Below, piece after piece: positions 60,895-64,000 of a stretch of DNA of 64,000 nt; positions within the stretch are counted from its first letter, which is position 1; every line of letters starts with the position of its first letter. Made by a program: the position numbers and the translations under genes. Source of the stretch: a phage. The stretch lies in sequence record PZ445536.1; one strand, written 5' to 3'. The notes under the pieces were generated by a model. It saw only the letters and a list, made by a program, of their open reading frames with translations, was not told the DNA's origin and ran no database searches.

Positions 60895-61741
60895 AATCAA
60901 CTGCTATTGGATGAATAGCATTAAACTTATGAAATGCTTCTGATTTTTCTTTACGAGAAACACACATGCGAAGAACCTTTAATGGCTCGTCTTCTTCACC
61001 CAACGATTTTCGTTTTTCAATATTAGAAGTTTTCCAACGAGCTTGCTCTGGAAACTCTCTATTGATTTGCTCAAGCGCTCTATTATGTTTAGAATTACTA
61101 CGAATTGAACTACACCCACCAGGAGCTTGCGCTTTACCTGATACAACCAGATATTTGAACAAGGCCAAATGCGGATAACCTTGATTAATTAAATTGAGAA
61201 ATGCATACATATCTTCGCACAAATCAATTTTTCCATACCCAATTTGTTCTGTCGTAAGTTTTCCAAGGTCATACCATGTATTCGTGAATCCATATGAATT
61301 TTCACGATAATTACCCCAAGATGAAGTAATTTTAAAAATTGGTAGACGAGCATGGTCATGATAATACCCACAATCCATGGCATCCTCAACATATTGAATC
61401 AATTCATAGAACTGTTCACGAGTCAATTGATTGACTTTATCTACACAGCGTCGATCATCTCTCTTTCGCATTGAACTCATACGAATAGTAGTATCATCAT
61501 CAATCATCCAAATTCGTTGACCTGCATACATATCAGTAATTGCTTTACGAGTACCAGCAATTCCGTTTACATCATCAGGAATAGTTATAATTTTAGCTCT
61601 AGACCCATAAGCATCATAATAAGCTTTTTCTTCGTGTTCACGCACTACAATATGCGGTTCATAATCAGTCGGAAACATATCAAGGGCAGAAACTGCCCCG
61701 ACACGTTGATAACTTGGAATTACGAATTGAATCATTTCCAC
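60893..61741 (-). CDS. putative GT-A-type glycosyltransferase at the beta-gt locus (possibly beta-glucosyl-HMC alpha-glucosyltransferase as in T2/T6)
   Basis: 282 aa with DxD-like IWMIDDDTTIR; shorter than T4 beta-gt (351 aa); located between uvsX and 42. Confidence 0.5.
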   Translation of the reverse strand: MEMIQFVIPSYQRVGAVSALDMFPTDYEPHIVVREHEEKAYYDAYGSRAKIITIPDDVNGIAGTRKAITDMYAGQRIWMIDDDTTIRMSSMRKRDDRRCVDKVNQLTREQFYELIQYVEDAMDCGYYHDHARLPIFKITSSWGNYRENSYGFTNTWYDLGKLTTEQIGYGKIDLCEDMYAFLNLINQGYPHLALFKYLVVSGKAQAPGGCSSIRSNSKHNRALEQINREFPEQARWKTSNIEKRKSLGEEDEPLKVLRMCVSRKEKSEAFHKFNAIHPIAVD

Positions 61742-62472
61742 TCACCGTTATAATCTTTTTTCACAATATGAGTTTCGCCAGTATTCCACCAATGATCAAC
61801 CAAGTAAAAATGACGAGAATATACATGAAGACTTCCGACATTCCATATAATAGAACCTGCTTTATACTGACGAGTTGAATCGCCTGCATTCAAATCAGAT
61901 ACTAATTTATCTAATACGTATTTTTGCCATGCATAATCATTACGGAATCCGAAGACCACGTCATTTGAGCGCATGCTTACTACCGCATTGACTTTCTTAT
62001 CACGAATCAGGTACTGTACTGTATTAGTACACATGAAATCTGACATACCATCTTTATTGTAGTCAAATTGCATGGATGGACGAGTATAAATCATGATACC
62101 ACGCCGAGAATCAGGATTTTGACCAAGTTCAGCTAAACACATATCATACTGGGCATAGTTATCTTCTGACCAAATAGCCCAACCATAATTCGAGTTAATT
62201 TCGCCTTTAGAAGATGCTACCTGCTGCCAAATCTTTGGTGTTTCACCTGGAATATCTTTAACAAACAAACTCTTAGATTTATACCATTCAAGTTCACGCT
62301 GAATGTATTCATCATTAAGAGCGCCAAAAATAAACGGTTCATCTGCTACAAATGATGCGCCAATAATTTCAATAGTTTTAACACCAGTTTTATCAACTAC
62401 GAAATCTTTTTCTTTTAATGCAAGCCCCAAATGAAGACGGATTTCTTCAACTGTCATAGAGTCACTAATCAT
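61732..62472 (-). CDS. 42: gp42 dCMP hydroxymethylase
   Basis: 246 aa (T4 gp42 length); thymidylate-synthase-like fold. Confidence 0.9.
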   Translation of the reverse strand: MISDSMTVEEIRLHLGLALKEKDFVVDKTGVKTIEIIGASFVADEPFIFGALNDEYIQRELEWYKSKSLFVKDIPGETPKIWQQVASSKGEINSNYGWAIWSEDNYAQYDMCLAELGQNPDSRRGIMIYTRPSMQFDYNKDGMSDFMCTNTVQYLIRDKKVNAVVSMRSNDVVFGFRNDYAWQKYVLDKLVSDLNAGDSTRQYKAGSIIWNVGSLHVYSRHFYLVDHWWNTGETHIVKKDYNGEWK

Positions 62473-62479
62473 TTAAACC

Positions 62480-62629
62480 TCAATTGATACATTCATATTT
62501 AACTTGTAACAGTAATAAACTCCAACCTAAAATAATAGTTGGAATCATAAGAGGAACCGTTACACTATAGTATATACTTATTATAATCATCAAGATTAAA
62601 AGCAACACTGCTATAATTTTGCTTTTCAT
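62480..62629 (-). CDS. small hydrophobic membrane peptide (49 aa)
   Basis: Hand-translated ORF MKSKIIAVLLLILMIII... with ATGA overlap to imm stop. Confidence 0.4.
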   Translation of the reverse strand: MKSKIIAVLLLILMIIISIYYSVTVPLMIPTIILGWSLLLLQVKYECIN

Positions 62630-62877
62630 TCCTTCTCTCTGATGATAATTACCTGATTTGGTTGTGCAGACTTTTTAGTTTCACCCGCAATTGACCAAAT
62701 AAATGTAATAAACCAACCAATAATTGACCAGTTAAACAGTAAAGATGTGAAAAAGATTCCTACTGTCGATTTTGACCCACGCATCAAAGCAATAAACCAT
62801 GGAAGCATGTATATAATAATAGCCAACACGCCTGAAACTAAAACCATAAAAATTGAACCTGCTACTAAAGTTTCCAT
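62626..62877 (-). CDS. imm: Imm superinfection immunity membrane protein
   Basis: 83 aa, two TM helices; T4 Imm. Confidence 0.85.
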   Translation of the reverse strand: METLVAGSIFMVLVSGVLAIIIYMLPWFIALMRGSKSTVGIFFTSLLFNWSIIGWFITFIWSIAGETKKSAQPNQVIIIREKE

Positions 62878-62884
62878 GTTTTCC

Positions 62885-63265
62885 TCACTTAGTCAAATTT
62901 TTTACGCATGAATTATAAGAATTCACTACATACTCCATCGGAGCATTTTTACCAGTACGCCATTGGTAATTATTAGCCCAATTAGCCCAAATTTCGGCGC
63001 AGTAGTTTTCAATTTTTTCTTCGCGTGTAATTACATCAGAATTACGATATGCTTGAGCAGATTCATCTGGACGAATAGCTTCGTCAAAATTCGCCTGCAT
63101 TTGTTCGACTGTTTGCTTTGGAGCTTCTTTATAACACTTGACATTAGGATTATAAAATTTGCTTGAACAGTTTACAATTTTTCCTACATCAGACTGATTT
63201 ACTACCGGTCCTTGAGCTACACAACCAGTAAGACCTAATGCAATAACCAAAATAGCGATTTTCAT
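62885..63265 (-). CDS. putative lipoprotein (imm.1-like, 126 aa)
   Basis: Signal peptide with lipobox LTGC. Confidence 0.6.
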   Translation of the reverse strand: MKIAILVIALGLTGCVAQGPVVNQSDVGKIVNCSSKFYNPNVKCYKEAPKQTVEQMQANFDEAIRPDESAQAYRNSDVITREEKIENYCAEIWANWANNYQWRTGKNAPMEYVVNSYNSCVKNLTK

Positions 63266-63275
63266 AATAATTTCC

Positions 63276-63512
63276 TCAAATGCAAGTAGTAATTACTCCA
63301 GTAGTGCTTATGCAGGTATTACCCATTTGCACACCTAAAGATCCATTTGTATTCACATGAAGATTATCATCAATTTTAACTGATATTTTACCATTAGTGT
63401 GAATAACGGTGCTAGATTCAATCACAGGTTGAGTATCATTTTCAACACTAACAAATGGAACTGCTGCTAATGCAACTAAACAAACTGCTAAGCATCCCAT
63501 AACAATTTTCAT
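63276..63512 (-). CDS. small secreted/membrane protein (about 78 aa from MKIVMGCLAV)
   Basis: ORF 63276..63524; GGAGAATAAAATG SD supports ATG at 63512; signal-peptide-like N-terminus. Confidence 0.55.
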   Translation of the reverse strand: MKIVMGCLAVCLVALAAVPFVSVENDTQPVIESSTVIHTNGKISVKIDDNLHVNTNGSLGVQMGNTCISTTGVITTCI

Positions 63513-63546
63513 TTTATTCTCCAAATCCGTATTAGTTGACAGTTGT

Positions 63547-63576
63547 ATAGTACCATGGAAGAACAGTCTTGTAAAC
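63547..63576 (-). promoter_or_regulatory. T4-type early promoter cassette
   Basis: rc gtaaac 63571-63576; rc atagta 63547-63552. Confidence 0.6.
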
Positions 63577-63654
63577 AGTTTTGTGAAAATTTTTTAGGGA
63601 ATTCTAAAGGTCCAGAATCATCTGTTTTTCATAAGTATAGATTTATATTACTTG

Positions 63655-63679
63655 TATGAAAAAGGGACCCGGAGGTCCC
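63655..63679 (-). terminator. Rho-independent terminator after gene 43
   Basis: GGGACC-UCCG-GGUCCC hairpin followed by UUUUUC on - strand. Confidence 0.7.
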
Positions 63680-63692
63680 TAGATTTATTCTA

Positions 63693-64000
63693 TCAGCCAA
63701 ACAGGAAGTCTAACGAAGCTTTTTCTTCATAGTCCATACCAGCCGATTCACACATGCCTGCAAGCGGTTTAACAAACGATTTTTGGAACAAAGTTGAGTA
63801 GTCAATCCAAGACAGTACGTCAGAACGAATTTCTTTTGGAAGTTCTGTACCCGACGGCCAAGCAATGCATTTGTCACCAAATGGATTTCCTTCACGCAAT
63901 GGAAGAACCATTACTTTATTTCCATCCAAAATTGGAGCTACACCTAAACCGCTAACAGCTCGACGATAAGTTAGCACCCCACGAATATGGAATGGACATT
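63693..64000 (-). CDS. 43: gp43 DNA polymerase, C-terminal fragment (gene continues beyond window)
   Basis: C-terminus ...EEKASLDFLFG, the clamp-binding tail of T4-type DNA polymerase; ORF open to window edge. Confidence 0.85.
   Translation of the reverse strand, partial: CPFHIRGVLTYRRAVSGLGVAPILDGNKVMVLPLREGNPFGDKCIAWPSGTELPKEIRSDVLSWIDYSTLFQKSFVKPLAGMCESAGMDYEEKASLDFLFG

Overview
This window reads as a contiguous segment of a T-even (T4-like, Tequatrovirus-type) myovirus genome, running from the rIII/gene 31 region to the 3' end of gene 43 (DNA polymerase). The early/middle replication, nucleotide-metabolism and host-takeover genes lie on the minus strand; the late long-tail-fiber operon (34-35-36-37-38) and holin t lie on the plus strand. 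Gene identities were recognised from the translated ORFs by recall of T4 proteins, size and synteny; nothing was searched, so every assignment is established-knowledge recall plus inference. I found no rRNA, tRNA, CRISPR array or integrase/transposase. Promoters (early GTTTAC-type, MotA-box middle, TATAAATA late) and UUCG/GNRA-tetraloop terminators were read directly from the sequence. Departures from the T4 reference: td and nrdB are uninterrupted (no introns or homing endonucleases), gene 39 is a single 605-codon ORF (no gene 60 split), a GT-A-like 282-aa ORF sits where T4 has beta-gt, and gp37 is longer with His-box tandem repeats, so this is a T4 relative rather than T4 itself. The most notable observations are two apparent -1 frameshifts in A5 runs that split rIIB and modB, two tandem paralog triplets of unknown function, and a repeated early-promoter cassette. 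I do not see a convincing novel defence or anti-defence system; the best candidates for undescribed biology are the uncharacterised small-ORF clusters between conserved genes.
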